Part shown: positions 49,301 to 54,807 of the stretch, in pieces | Layout: every line of letters starts with the position of its first letter | Position numbering within the stretch: position 1 is the first letter of the stretch | Origin: an uncultured Candidatus Saccharibacteria bacterium | Lineage (GTDB): Bacteria; Patescibacteriota; Minisyncoccia; Phycocordibacterales; DATDWN01 | Direction of reading: 5' to 3' | Length of the DNA: 64,000 bases | Assembly: GCA_964507615.1 (NCBI GenBank) | Contig: CAZDPS010000002.1 | Span: forward strand, 392-64,391 | Program-made: the position numbers and the translations under genes | Notes under the pieces: generated by a model | Told to the model about the DNA's origin: nothing | What the model saw: the letters and a program-made list of their open reading frames with translations, nothing else | The model's database searches: none

Positions 49301-49311
49301 TATTCAAGTAA
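43318..49311 (+). CDS. giant (~2000 aa) repeat-built cell-surface protein with signal peptide, InlB-B/Listeria-Bacteroides-type repeats, Ig-like modules, three DUF11-type repeats, PG-binding-like domain and C-terminal TM anchor
   Basis: Track ORF 43303..49311 (GTG); first ATG at 43318. Hydrophobic signal LVLFPMLFLATFFFF. GTGSGTVTGAGTY...FTGW repeats. LSITKTADKSTANVGDT repeats x3. VEVRKLQVFLRDL. C-terminal INWILIIIIAIISYLWY. Confidence 0.85.
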   Translation: MNSNAKKISNYLVLFPMLFLATFFFFNIKTTIAESGTFEFDGPFPITMSYSGLTPGECDNGIENPLLNIDASNTTDDSYRIVYAVFHNGVAGCEPAFDTYDLSGFSITGKTEFAAKESGHFDVTFDSSTYSCGRVQYDVGYLNTTTGEVTLFIGQVINYGVDCANPPPVTSVCTENASVVVTSPLPSVMTPGQTYNFTVKSTNTGNTKWYHGSYFELSNKSGNLTINPTYGHLPYAMDVNDYNSWTFSVVAPSVPGNYSLDFQMKHKAGADYIKSDGNTCAAPSVDTFFGNSVTLNSSVVAAPTYTLMTTLSGTGSGTVTGAGTYSSGVNATVTASPSEGSTFTGWGNNCSGTNLVTQIVMNSNKICVATFNLNTYTITAVSGANGSVTPAGVTTKNYGTSQVYTITPTTNYRVSDVVVDGVSVGAVNTYTFSNIKANHVIGASFDINQFTLTLNRAGTGSGTVTGAGTYNSGVTAVPSATANFGSIFTGWSGDCNATSGQVVMNSNKTCTANFNLVSAITASLSANPTAMTLPTNSTTITWTTTGNPTSCVAGGAWSGSKSVSGGSQVITGLTVGTHTFNILCSKTGTADTSSSVTVTVSPVAEVNYMLIINKVGTGTGVVDGAGTYLQNTIGRASATANIGSTFVGWGGDCDVNGQVLMNGNKTCIATFNLNTYTITATSGANGTTTPSGVTTKNYGTNQIYTITPSLHYHVADVIVDGVSVGAVNTYTFSNIKANHSISSTFAIDQFRLTLNKAGTGTGIVNGAGLYNWGTVVTPGVVANPGSVFTGWSGDCDVNGQVVMTEDRTCTANFNLISAIVVSLEATPDSMTLPTNSTTITWTTTGNPTSCVAGGAWSGSKSVSGGSQVITGLTVGTHTFNILCSKTGTADTSSSVTVTVANYLPPTVTLTANPTDIAYNASSTLNWVSTNSNSCVASGDWTGNRTLTGSEIVNNLTSNKLYTITCTGLGGVASSSAQVTVASMPIANLSILKTADKSTANVGDTVTYTLTLTNNGPDNATEVTVIDILNSGLNFISASSTSGTYSTSTGVWTIGNLKNASTTTLTLVTTIRSGLEGQTIPNTAIASSTQNDPTPGNNTSTINVVVNEIIIPTNHAPVITLVGLNPASVNLGEVYLDPGATALDQEDGDITDKIVATSTVNTAVVGSYTVIYNVSDSKGLAAVPVSRTVNVLDNTPDTKGRITFCMVIADNDNKIATSSYGLPSGTFSLGLATTTNIASSTIYTKNWNTNTFSPNRQFILNVSDADCVTYDNLDLGSYYYPELFVTGSSFATTTYNDQYTQPVNNIFDFFVYSPELFTATTTDDSNRNLNSDGHITLVEGYADKTLVLLVKSLPVVPDSSNLSITKTADKSTANVGDTVTYTLILTNNGPVNATGVVVTDILHSGLNFVSASSTSGTYATSTGIWTVGNLNNSATTTLTLVTKIKSGLEGQTIPNTATTTATQNDPTPGDNTSTVNVVVNSNPPCTVNCGGNPTSNLSITKTADKSTANVGDTITYTITLVNNGPDNATGVSVTDIFDSRLNFVSATSTLGSYATSTGIWTIGNLNNASSTTLTLVATVKDGNQGQRIPNTVTVTSTQTDPAPGDNTTTFNVDINNPNPPCTVNCGGGGGGGGGNGPITPNNLTIFNEQVVETVPGVAFVSWNTNLPATRRVVYGNTSNPVVGSAPNYGYTNSTEIVSSPLLTAHGMVVGVEANKTYYFREISTDILNGITRTAIGKELVLNPGNPNTSTSCYYLYDYLRKDFNNNPVEVRKLQVFLRDLEGFSTVQVTGVYDDQTIVALDAFQERYKGDILTPWGHTEPTSYTYILTKKKVNEIYCKMAFPVNTQQQQEIDSYKAFLLGLRSAGIILPVDVTVPPTNNSTTPVATSTLPLLNDIIGLGTSTKSENTTLAGVSTTTMSKFTANILSAWNKIGSWTGLSCEAGSGVSCSCRFINWILIIIIAIISYLWYRERQQNKNIEDINKEIDLNKEKEIDLELFK
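44908..45116 (+). repeat. 209-nt segment 100% identical to 45805..46013 (intragenic)
   Basis: Base-by-base comparison of the two stretches. Encodes MTLPTNSTTITW...SSSVTVTV. Confidence 0.9.
45805..46013 (+). repeat. second copy of the 209-nt identical segment (offset 897 nt)
   Basis: See 44908..45116. A further 62-nt identical pair lies at about 44571-44632 / 45471-45532. Confidence 0.9.
46276..48165 (+). repeat. three divergent DUF11-type repeat modules, the last two preceded by PPCTVNCGG linkers
   Basis: LSI(L/T)KTADKSTANVGDT(V/I)TYT starts near 46276, 47395 and 47800. Confidence 0.75.
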
Positions 49312-49314
49312 AAT

Positions 49315-49353
49315 AAAAAAGAAAGAGTCCGCATTGCGCGGACTCTTTCTTTT
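49315..49353. terminator. bidirectional terminator between the giant gene and tsaD
   Basis: AAAAAGAAAGAGTCCGC-attgc-GCGGACTCTTTCTTTTT, a 17-bp stem. Confidence 0.8.
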
Positions 49354-49391
49354 TTGTGCTTCCGGTAGGGTATTTTACTATAAAATATTTT

Positions 49392-50570
49392 TTAATACAA
49401 TCTCAAATTTCCATTTACAGCTATTTTCTGTGGATTACTCAATTTTTCTGGGTAGAGTAACACATTGAAATATGTGGCACAGGCAATCATCAGTGCATTA
49501 TCTGTTGCCAGAAGATTTGTAGGTATTTTTACGATAAGTTCATTATATTCTTTTTCCAATTCTGTAAAAACAGATCTTATTTTTTTATTAGCAATAACTC
49601 CACCAGCAATAATTAAAGTTTTGCTTCCTGTATCATCTAAAGCCTTTTTTGTTTTTGCCAAAAGTACTTCTACAACTGCATCTTCAAATTCGCGAGCTAT
49701 ATCTGCTTTATCATTTTCAGACATTGGTTTAATGTCACTAAAATTATCTCGAATGTAGTATAGAACAGATGTTTTTAATCCAGAAAAAGAGAAATTTAAG
49801 TTATTAGAATGAATCATTGGTCTAGGAAACTTTGCTGTGTGAGGGATATTATTTATTCGTGCGATTTCTGCAATTTTAGATATTTCTGGTCCTCCGGGAT
49901 AGGGCAGTCCTAAGAGTCTTGCTGTTTTATCAAAAGCCTCTCCAACGGCATCGTCCATTGTTTCTCCCAATATCTTATATCTACCAAAAGTTTCAATTTC
50001 TACGAGCTCTGTGTGTCCTCCAGATATAAGCAGAGCCAAAGAGGGAAACTCTATGGGTCTCACATCGCTATTTTCCATGAGAACAGATACGATATGTCCT
50101 TCCATGTGGTTTATAGGTATTACAGGTATATTCCAGAGCTTACCTAGAGCTTCTGCACAACTAACCCCGACCCACAAGGCGGGTGCAAGTCCAGGTCCTG
50201 ATGTAACCGATATAACATCAATTTCTGGTTTATTGATTTTATCAAGAGTGTTTTTTAATATTTCAAACAAACCTTCTTCTCTAGATAATATTTTTTTGAT
50301 TTCTAACCAAACTTCTTCTTTATAACCCATCTCTTTATCTGAATAAAAAGAAGATTCTTCCAATGCCTTTTTTAACAAGGTCGGTAAATTTTTAGCATGT
50401 TCACGTTTTGCAAGCATTGGGTAAACACCTCCGTATTCTTTATGAATATCAATTTGAGAAAAGAGTGCGTTCCCAAGTACTTTAAAAGAAGGGGATTTTA
50501 ATTCTCCTTGTGCCTCAATAATACTGACTGCAGTTTCATCGCAGGATGTTTCAATGCTTAGAATTTTCAT
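49392..50570 (-). CDS. tsaD: tRNA N6-adenosine threonylcarbamoyltransferase TsaD (Kae1/Gcp family)
   Basis: MKILSIETSCDETAVSI, INHMEGH, SGGHTEL, GGVIANK motifs. 392 aa. Confidence 0.9.
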   Translation of the reverse strand: MKILSIETSCDETAVSIIEAQGELKSPSFKVLGNALFSQIDIHKEYGGVYPMLAKREHAKNLPTLLKKALEESSFYSDKEMGYKEEVWLEIKKILSREEGLFEILKNTLDKINKPEIDVISVTSGPGLAPALWVGVSCAEALGKLWNIPVIPINHMEGHIVSVLMENSDVRPIEFPSLALLISGGHTELVEIETFGRYKILGETMDDAVGEAFDKTARLLGLPYPGGPEISKIAEIARINNIPHTAKFPRPMIHSNNLNFSFSGLKTSVLYYIRDNFSDIKPMSENDKADIAREFEDAVVEVLLAKTKKALDDTGSKTLIIAGGVIANKKIRSVFTELEKEYNELIVKIPTNLLATDNALMIACATYFNVLLYPEKLSNPQKIAVNGNLRLY

Positions 50571-50573
50571 CTG

Positions 50574-50645
50574 TGACCCTACGCGGAGTCGAACCGCGCT
50601 TCTAGCCTTGAAAAGGCTATGTCCTAACCGATAGACGATAGGGCC
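50574..50645 (-). tRNA. tRNA-Glu (anticodon UUC), CCA not encoded
   Basis: Manual cloverleaf on the reverse complement: acceptor GGCCCTA/TAGGGTC, anticodon loop TTTTCAA, T-arm CGCGG-TTCGACT-CCGCG. Confidence 0.9.
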
Positions 50646-50720
50646 AAATCACACAGAAAACTATAGCATTTTTTGTATAAAAAGCAAAAATATGATATTT
50701 TATGAACATCTTTACAATCA

Positions 50721-50796
50721 GCGCGATTAGCTCACTTGGTAGAGCGACACATTGACGTTGTGTAGGCAACAGGTTCGAATCCTGTATCGCGCACCA
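50721..50796 (+). tRNA. tRNA-Val (anticodon GAC), CCA encoded
   Basis: Canonical cloverleaf: anticodon loop TTGACGT, T-arm ACAGG-TTCGAAT-CCTGT. Confidence 0.9.
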
Positions 50797-50935
50797 AAAA
50801 ATTCGCCGTTAGGAGATTTTTTGATGCGCGATAACAAAACCATGGTATGGTTTTCGTCAGGATTCGAAAACCTTTGATGATTTTTTGTGAGCATAGCGAA
50901 ACAAAAAATAGAAAAGGTGTACTGAATCTGTAAGA

Positions 50936-50960
50936 TTCGAATCCTGTATCGCGCACCAAA
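50936..50960 (+). repeat. orphan 3' fragment of tRNA-Val (25-nt perfect direct repeat of 50774..50798)
   Basis: TTCGAATCCTGTATCGCGCACCAAA occurs twice, 162 nt apart. Degenerate acceptor-like (GCGCGATA) and T-loop-like (CAGGATTCGAAAACC) pieces lie between the copies. Confidence 0.8.
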
Positions 50961-50993
50961 CACAATCAATTTTAACAAAACCATATTAATATT

Positions 50994-51350
50994 ATGTCAC
51001 TTGAAAACATATTTGGACCAGATAGTTTGAGTATAGAAAAAGCACGCATACTTGGTTTGCTTGAGAGAGATGGTATAACAGAAGAAACAGGAGTAGCGGT
51101 TATAAAGTGGACAGAACAAATGGAAGTTCGCTCTCTTATATCATCAAAAGAGATGATTCGTTTTAATGTAGACAGGGCTGAACTGTATGAGGCTATAGGC
51201 GCTATCGATGAAATGTTTGAATGTCTGAGTGAGGCGCACTATCAAGTGATTCAAGAGAAGGATGGGGGAAATGAAACTGGAAATTGGGATGAGTTTTTGG
51301 AAAAAATACAATCTTATATTGCAAAAATGGAGGAAAAATATCCAGCCTAG
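50994..51350 (+). CDS. acidic hypothetical protein (118 aa)
   Basis: Clean ORF ending before a strong GC terminator. No recognised motif. Confidence 0.5.
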   Translation: MSLENIFGPDSLSIEKARILGLLERDGITEETGVAVIKWTEQMEVRSLISSKEMIRFNVDRAELYEAIGAIDEMFECLSEAHYQVIQEKDGGNETGNWDEFLEKIQSYIAKMEEKYPA

Positions 51351-51383
51351 TTTTTTGGGTTTAAATTTTTTATAAAAATAATG

Positions 51384-51408
51384 CCCGGGCGACGCATGGT
51401 CGCCCGGG
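51384..51408. terminator. GC hairpin between convergent genes
   Basis: CCCGGGCGAC-gcatg-GTCGCCCGGG. Confidence 0.7.
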
Positions 51409-51432
51409 CGGAGTTGCAGTTCGGGGCCTTTT

Positions 51433-52083
51433 CTAGAAGTGTCTCTTTTTCGCTTCCTTGAAAGCCTCGTCGTACTTTTCTGGACCGAGCTTGAATGCTC
51501 GCAGTGCTCGGTGAATGTTCGAGAGTCGAGACTTCAGCTCCGCCTTGTGGTCATCCAGACGGTCAAGAATGAGGTTGTTCAGGGAGGTAGAGGCTTCCTT
51601 TATCTCAAACTTTTCCACCTGGGCCTCAAAGTCCAAGATGTCAACGGCCAAACTGGCCATCAGTTTCATACCTACTTCTTCGATGGCTCGAACATCGTTT
51701 CTCCACAGTGTCTCTGCTGGAACGCAGAGCTCCCTTGCGAGTATCCAGATGTCCTGAATGACGGGGTCGGGTTCGCGTTCGCTGTGAGCAGAAGCCACGA
51801 AGAGACTGATGAGTGTGATGGCTATAACTACAATGGGCAGCCACCTCGGATTTCTCAGTGTGGGCACCATGAACATAGCCAACAGACAGAGGCATCCGAG
51901 AAGGAAGGTTGCCAGTGACGCAAGGTAGGTATTCTGGCGTTTGCGTTCCTTCCGTATAAACCACTCGGCATTCGGGTGTTTCAGGTAGATTTCCAACTTC
52001 TTGATGTCTAGTTTGTTGGTTTTCACTGACTTCTCCTTGAGAAGTGCTCTTGGTGTACAAGAAATGGAGGTTTCAGACCTCAT
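51433..52083 (-). CDS. GC-rich hypothetical protein with a two-TM hairpin and helical C-terminal domain (216 aa)
   Basis: Long ORF with G/C-ending codons (CTG, AAG, GAC, ATC). TM segments LASLATFLLGCLCLLAMFMV and LPIVVIAITLISLFVA. Own promoter and uORF. Confidence 0.6.
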   Translation of the reverse strand: MRSETSISCTPRALLKEKSVKTNKLDIKKLEIYLKHPNAEWFIRKERKRQNTYLASLATFLLGCLCLLAMFMVPTLRNPRWLPIVVIAITLISLFVASAHSEREPDPVIQDIWILARELCVPAETLWRNDVRAIEEVGMKLMASLAVDILDFEAQVEKFEIKEASTSLNNLILDRLDDHKAELKSRLSNIHRALRAFKLGPEKYDEAFKEAKKRHF

Positions 52084-52121
52084 TCGCGAGGAAGTTTCAG
52101 AGCTTCCAGGGAATACTTCAT
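52080..52121 (-). CDS. 13-codon upstream ORF (MKYSLEALKLPRE) whose stop overlaps the main ATG (ATGA)
   Basis: GGAGA SD 4 nt before ATG 52121. TGA 52082-52080 overlaps ATG 52083-52081. Confidence 0.35.
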   Translation of the reverse strand: MKYSLEALKLPRE

Positions 52122-52158
52122 TTCTCCGACGAGAGAGCGACTCGTCTGTCTGGAGAGT

Positions 52159-52187
52159 ATTATATCATAAAACTAGCTTTTATTCAA
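52159..52187 (-). promoter_or_regulatory. sigma70-like promoter TTGAAT-17-TATAAT for the 216-aa ORF unit
   Basis: Reverse complement of 52182-52187 is TTGAAT and of 52159-52164 is TATAAT. 17-nt spacer. Confidence 0.5.
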
Positions 52188-52220
52188 TATCAATTCTCTA
52201 TTTTTTATCCACAGATGCTC

Positions 52221-52249
52221 TTGACTCTGGAAAGGGCGGGGAATACAAT
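52221..52249 (+). promoter_or_regulatory. sigma70-like promoter TTGACT-17-TACAAT
   Basis: -35 at 52221-52226, -10 at 52244-52249. Divergent from the promoter above. Confidence 0.55.
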
Positions 52250-52255
52250 ATAAGT

Positions 52256-52440
52256 GTGAGTTGAGGTTGGGGATACAAGTGGCTGGGTCGCGATATCGCT
52301 TCTCCCATCTTCCCTTTCAGACTTCTCACACTGTTCTTTCGTCATCATTGCTTGCACTGATGACACCTATCCCGCCAGGTCGATGTCGACCTCCTTCCCC
52401 CTTCGATCTCTCAGGCTTCGGCTTGGGGGATCTCTTTTTT
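52256..52440 (+). ncRNA. candidate ~185-nt GC-rich small RNA with C/U-rich single-stranded core
   Basis: Begins about 7 nt after the TACAAT box. Ends in a 12-bp stem GATCTCTCAGGC-UUCG-GCTTGGGGGATC (52405-52432) with three G-U pairs valid only on the + strand, then TCTTTTTT. Internal hairpins at 52349-52372 and 52376-52391. The only ORF runs through the terminator. Confidence 0.55.
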
Positions 52441-52448
52441 ATAAAACC

Positions 52449-53378
52449 TTATTTTGTAAACAGAGTAACGTAAATATCTTCCAACGCTTTCACAGCATCA
52501 CCTGATGCGATATTGTTTTGGTGATAGAGTCCATCTGTACAATCTCCAGCAGCCCAAATACCAGCTACTTCAGTTTTCTGATTTCTAGGATCAACCTTTA
52601 TTTGTCCCACCTCGTTTAAGTTTAAAATATTTTTTGCAAAGTAAGTTGTCGGTATGAGTCCGATTTCCACAAAAACGGCAGGTGTTTCTATTTCACCCAC
52701 TTCTTTTGTTTGTGAATTTTCCCAGACAATACTTTTTACAAATTTATCACCTTTTATTTCTTTTGGTACTGCATTTACGATTAATTTGAAGTTTGGATTT
52801 TCTTTAAGTTTGTTTACTGTGATAGCATCTGCTCTAAGGTTTTCAGAACGATTGAGTAGTGTGACACTTTTGCAATAAGCCAAAAGTTGGGCTGATGTTT
52901 CAAAGGCGGCGTTTCCTCCTCCTACAACCACAACATCTTGCCCTGCAAAAAGGGGACCATCACAAGAAGCGCAATAAGTAAGGCCTTTATTATCAAATTC
53001 TATGGCCCCTGGGACCTCTAATTTGCGTCTAGTTGAGCCTGTGGCTATAAGTACGGTCTTTGCCTCATATTCAGATTTTTCAGTTTTAACGTTGAAAATA
53101 TCGCTATTTTTGGAGATGTCTTGGGCACCCTCACCTTCCTTGATTTCTAGGTATTCTCCAGAGTAAGCGAGTAAGTGTTCTCTTAGGTTTTTGGCCAAAT
53201 CACTACCTGAAATCTTTACTGTTCCAATCCAGTTTTCTATACCTTCAGACACTGTACTTTGACCTCCAAAGTCGGGTGTAATAAGTAAGGTTTTTAATCT
53301 TTTTCTTGCTGCATAAACGCCGGCTGAAACACCTGCAGGTCCACCACCAATTATTATGAGGTCGTATGTTTTGTTCAT
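52449..53378 (-). CDS. trxB: thioredoxin-disulfide reductase
   Basis: YDLIIIGGGPAGVSAG, CASCDG redox motif, VVVGGGNAA. Start moved to ATG 53378. Confidence 0.9.
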   Translation of the reverse strand: MNKTYDLIIIGGGPAGVSAGVYAARKRLKTLLITPDFGGQSTVSEGIENWIGTVKISGSDLAKNLREHLLAYSGEYLEIKEGEGAQDISKNSDIFNVKTEKSEYEAKTVLIATGSTRRKLEVPGAIEFDNKGLTYCASCDGPLFAGQDVVVVGGGNAAFETSAQLLAYCKSVTLLNRSENLRADAITVNKLKENPNFKLIVNAVPKEIKGDKFVKSIVWENSQTKEVGEIETPAVFVEIGLIPTTYFAKNILNLNEVGQIKVDPRNQKTEVAGIWAAGDCTDGLYHQNNIASGDAVKALEDIYVTLFTK

Positions 53379-53382
53379 AAAA

Positions 53383-53490
53383 TAATTTCTAATTAATCTA
53401 ATTATACTAATTTCTAAATAATAACCAAATCCCAATAACTAAGTTTAGCTATTGGGATTTGCTTAGGTCAATTAAGAATAAATTAGTAGT
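53383..53490. repeat. AT-rich palindromic intergenic element, family copy C
   Basis: Shares AATTTCTAATTA, CTAATTGACCTAA (as reverse complement) and TTGGGATTTGCTTAG cores with copies A and B. Internal 12-bp stem CAAATCCCAATA/TATTGGGATTTG. Confidence 0.6.
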
Positions 53491-53492
53491 TT

Positions 53493-54650
53493 TTACTTTA
53501 GCTTGCTTCTTCGCAAGAATGCAGGAACTGCACCCCACTCATCATCATCTGACATGTCTGTCACTTTTTCTGGTTCATTTTGTGCTTGAGTTGGAATAGA
53601 GTTAAATATTTTACCTTTTTCTTCCTTCGTTATTTCCTTCTCTCTCTCGTTGTTTGTTATGGGTGTTGACTGGAAAAGAGTTTTCTTATTAAAATTTTCT
53701 GGAAAGTTTGAAGCAATAACGGTGATTTTAACTTCACCTTTCTTAAGTTTCTCATCTTTGACTGTACCGAATATGATTTTGGCGTTTGGATCTACTGACT
53801 CAGTAATAAGCTTGGCGGCATCCTGAATCTCAAACATACCAAGGTCATCTCCTCCTGCGATTGAGAATAGAACACCCTTTGCTCCGTTGATTGAAACTTC
53901 CAAAAGAGGGGAATTGATAGCCATTTTTGCGGCTTCTTCAGCTCTTTTCTCTCCAGTTGCAAGACCGATACCCATAAGGGCTGAACCGGCATTTTCCATG
54001 GTTGCTTTAATATCGGCGAAGTCAATGTTGATGATACCTGGTGTAGTGATTAGGTCTGAAATTCCTTCAACGGCTGATTTCAAAACATCGTCACAAGTAG
54101 CGAATGCGCTTTTGGCTGTTGTCTCTTTGCTGATAGTAGAAAGGAGTCTGTCGTTGGGTATGACAATGATTGCATCAACTGCTTGTCTTAATTCTTCAAG
54201 TCCAGCTTCAGCTAGTTTCATTCTTTGTTGTCCCTCAAAAAAGAAAGGTTTTGTAACAACCGCTACTGTAAGAGCACCCATTTCTCTCGATATTCTGGCA
54301 ATAATAGGAGCGGCCCCTGTTCCGGTGCCTCCACCAAGTCCACAAGTAATGAAAACCATGTCAGCACCTTTTATGGCTTCTTGTATCTCTTCTTTTGTCT
54401 CCTCAACGGCTCTTTTTCCAAGCTCTGGATTCATTCCTGCTCCTAAACCGTGTGTTAGATTTTTACCAATATGGATCTTTCTTTTGGCCAGAGAGTGGTG
54501 CAGGTCCTGAGAGTCTGTGTTTACGGCTATGAAGTCCACTCCTTTAACTTTGGAATTTATCATGTGGTTTAAAGCGTTTTTTCCGGATCCACCCACTCCA
54601 AGGACTTTTATTCGTGCAAATGCTTCTACGTCTGGTTTGATTTGAGGCAT
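53493..54650 (-). CDS. ftsZ: cell division GTPase FtsZ
   Basis: GGGTGTGAAPIIA tubulin signature, NTDSQDL. Confidence 0.95.
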   Translation of the reverse strand: MPQIKPDVEAFARIKVLGVGGSGKNALNHMINSKVKGVDFIAVNTDSQDLHHSLAKRKIHIGKNLTHGLGAGMNPELGKRAVEETKEEIQEAIKGADMVFITCGLGGGTGTGAAPIIARISREMGALTVAVVTKPFFFEGQQRMKLAEAGLEELRQAVDAIIVIPNDRLLSTISKETTAKSAFATCDDVLKSAVEGISDLITTPGIINIDFADIKATMENAGSALMGIGLATGEKRAEEAAKMAINSPLLEVSINGAKGVLFSIAGGDDLGMFEIQDAAKLITESVDPNAKIIFGTVKDEKLKKGEVKITVIASNFPENFNKKTLFQSTPITNNEREKEITKEEKGKIFNSIPTQAQNEPEKVTDMSDDDEWGAVPAFLRRSKLK

Positions 54651-54752
54651 GATAGTGTGTAATTAAATTTAATTAGTAACGCTATCATATCAGAAAACAA
54701 AACAAATAAAAACAATTGACCCTGTTAGAGTTATATGTTCAATTTTATGCTC

Positions 54753-54778
54753 AAAAATAACCACTTTTAGTGGTTTTT
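54753..54778 (-). terminator. terminator after ftsA
   Basis: AACCAC-tttta-GTGGTT hairpin with flanking A and T runs. Confidence 0.55.
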
Positions 54779-54807
54779 GATCACAAAATTTAATATTTTT
54801 TAGCTAA

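Noticed and set aside
43303-49311. Diversity-generating retroelement or phase-variable homopolymer controlling the giant surface protein
   Set aside because: No reverse transcriptase, template repeat or adenine-specific mismatch pattern is seen between repeat copies in this window. The Gly8 tract is encoded by mixed GGT/GGA codons, not a homopolymer.
31695-52213. Perfect DnaA boxes TTATCCACA at 31695-31703 and 52205-52213 as evidence for oriC
   Set aside because: Only two isolated boxes occur, 20 kb apart. About 0.5-1 perfect 9-mer is expected by chance in 128 kb of two-strand sequence. No cluster and no adjacent dnaA/dnaN are present.
52405-52440. The sRNA terminator hairpin as the terminator of convergent trxB
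   Set aside because: Read on the minus strand, the three G-U pairs become A-C mismatches and no U-tract follows, so the hairpin works as an intrinsic terminator only for the + strand.
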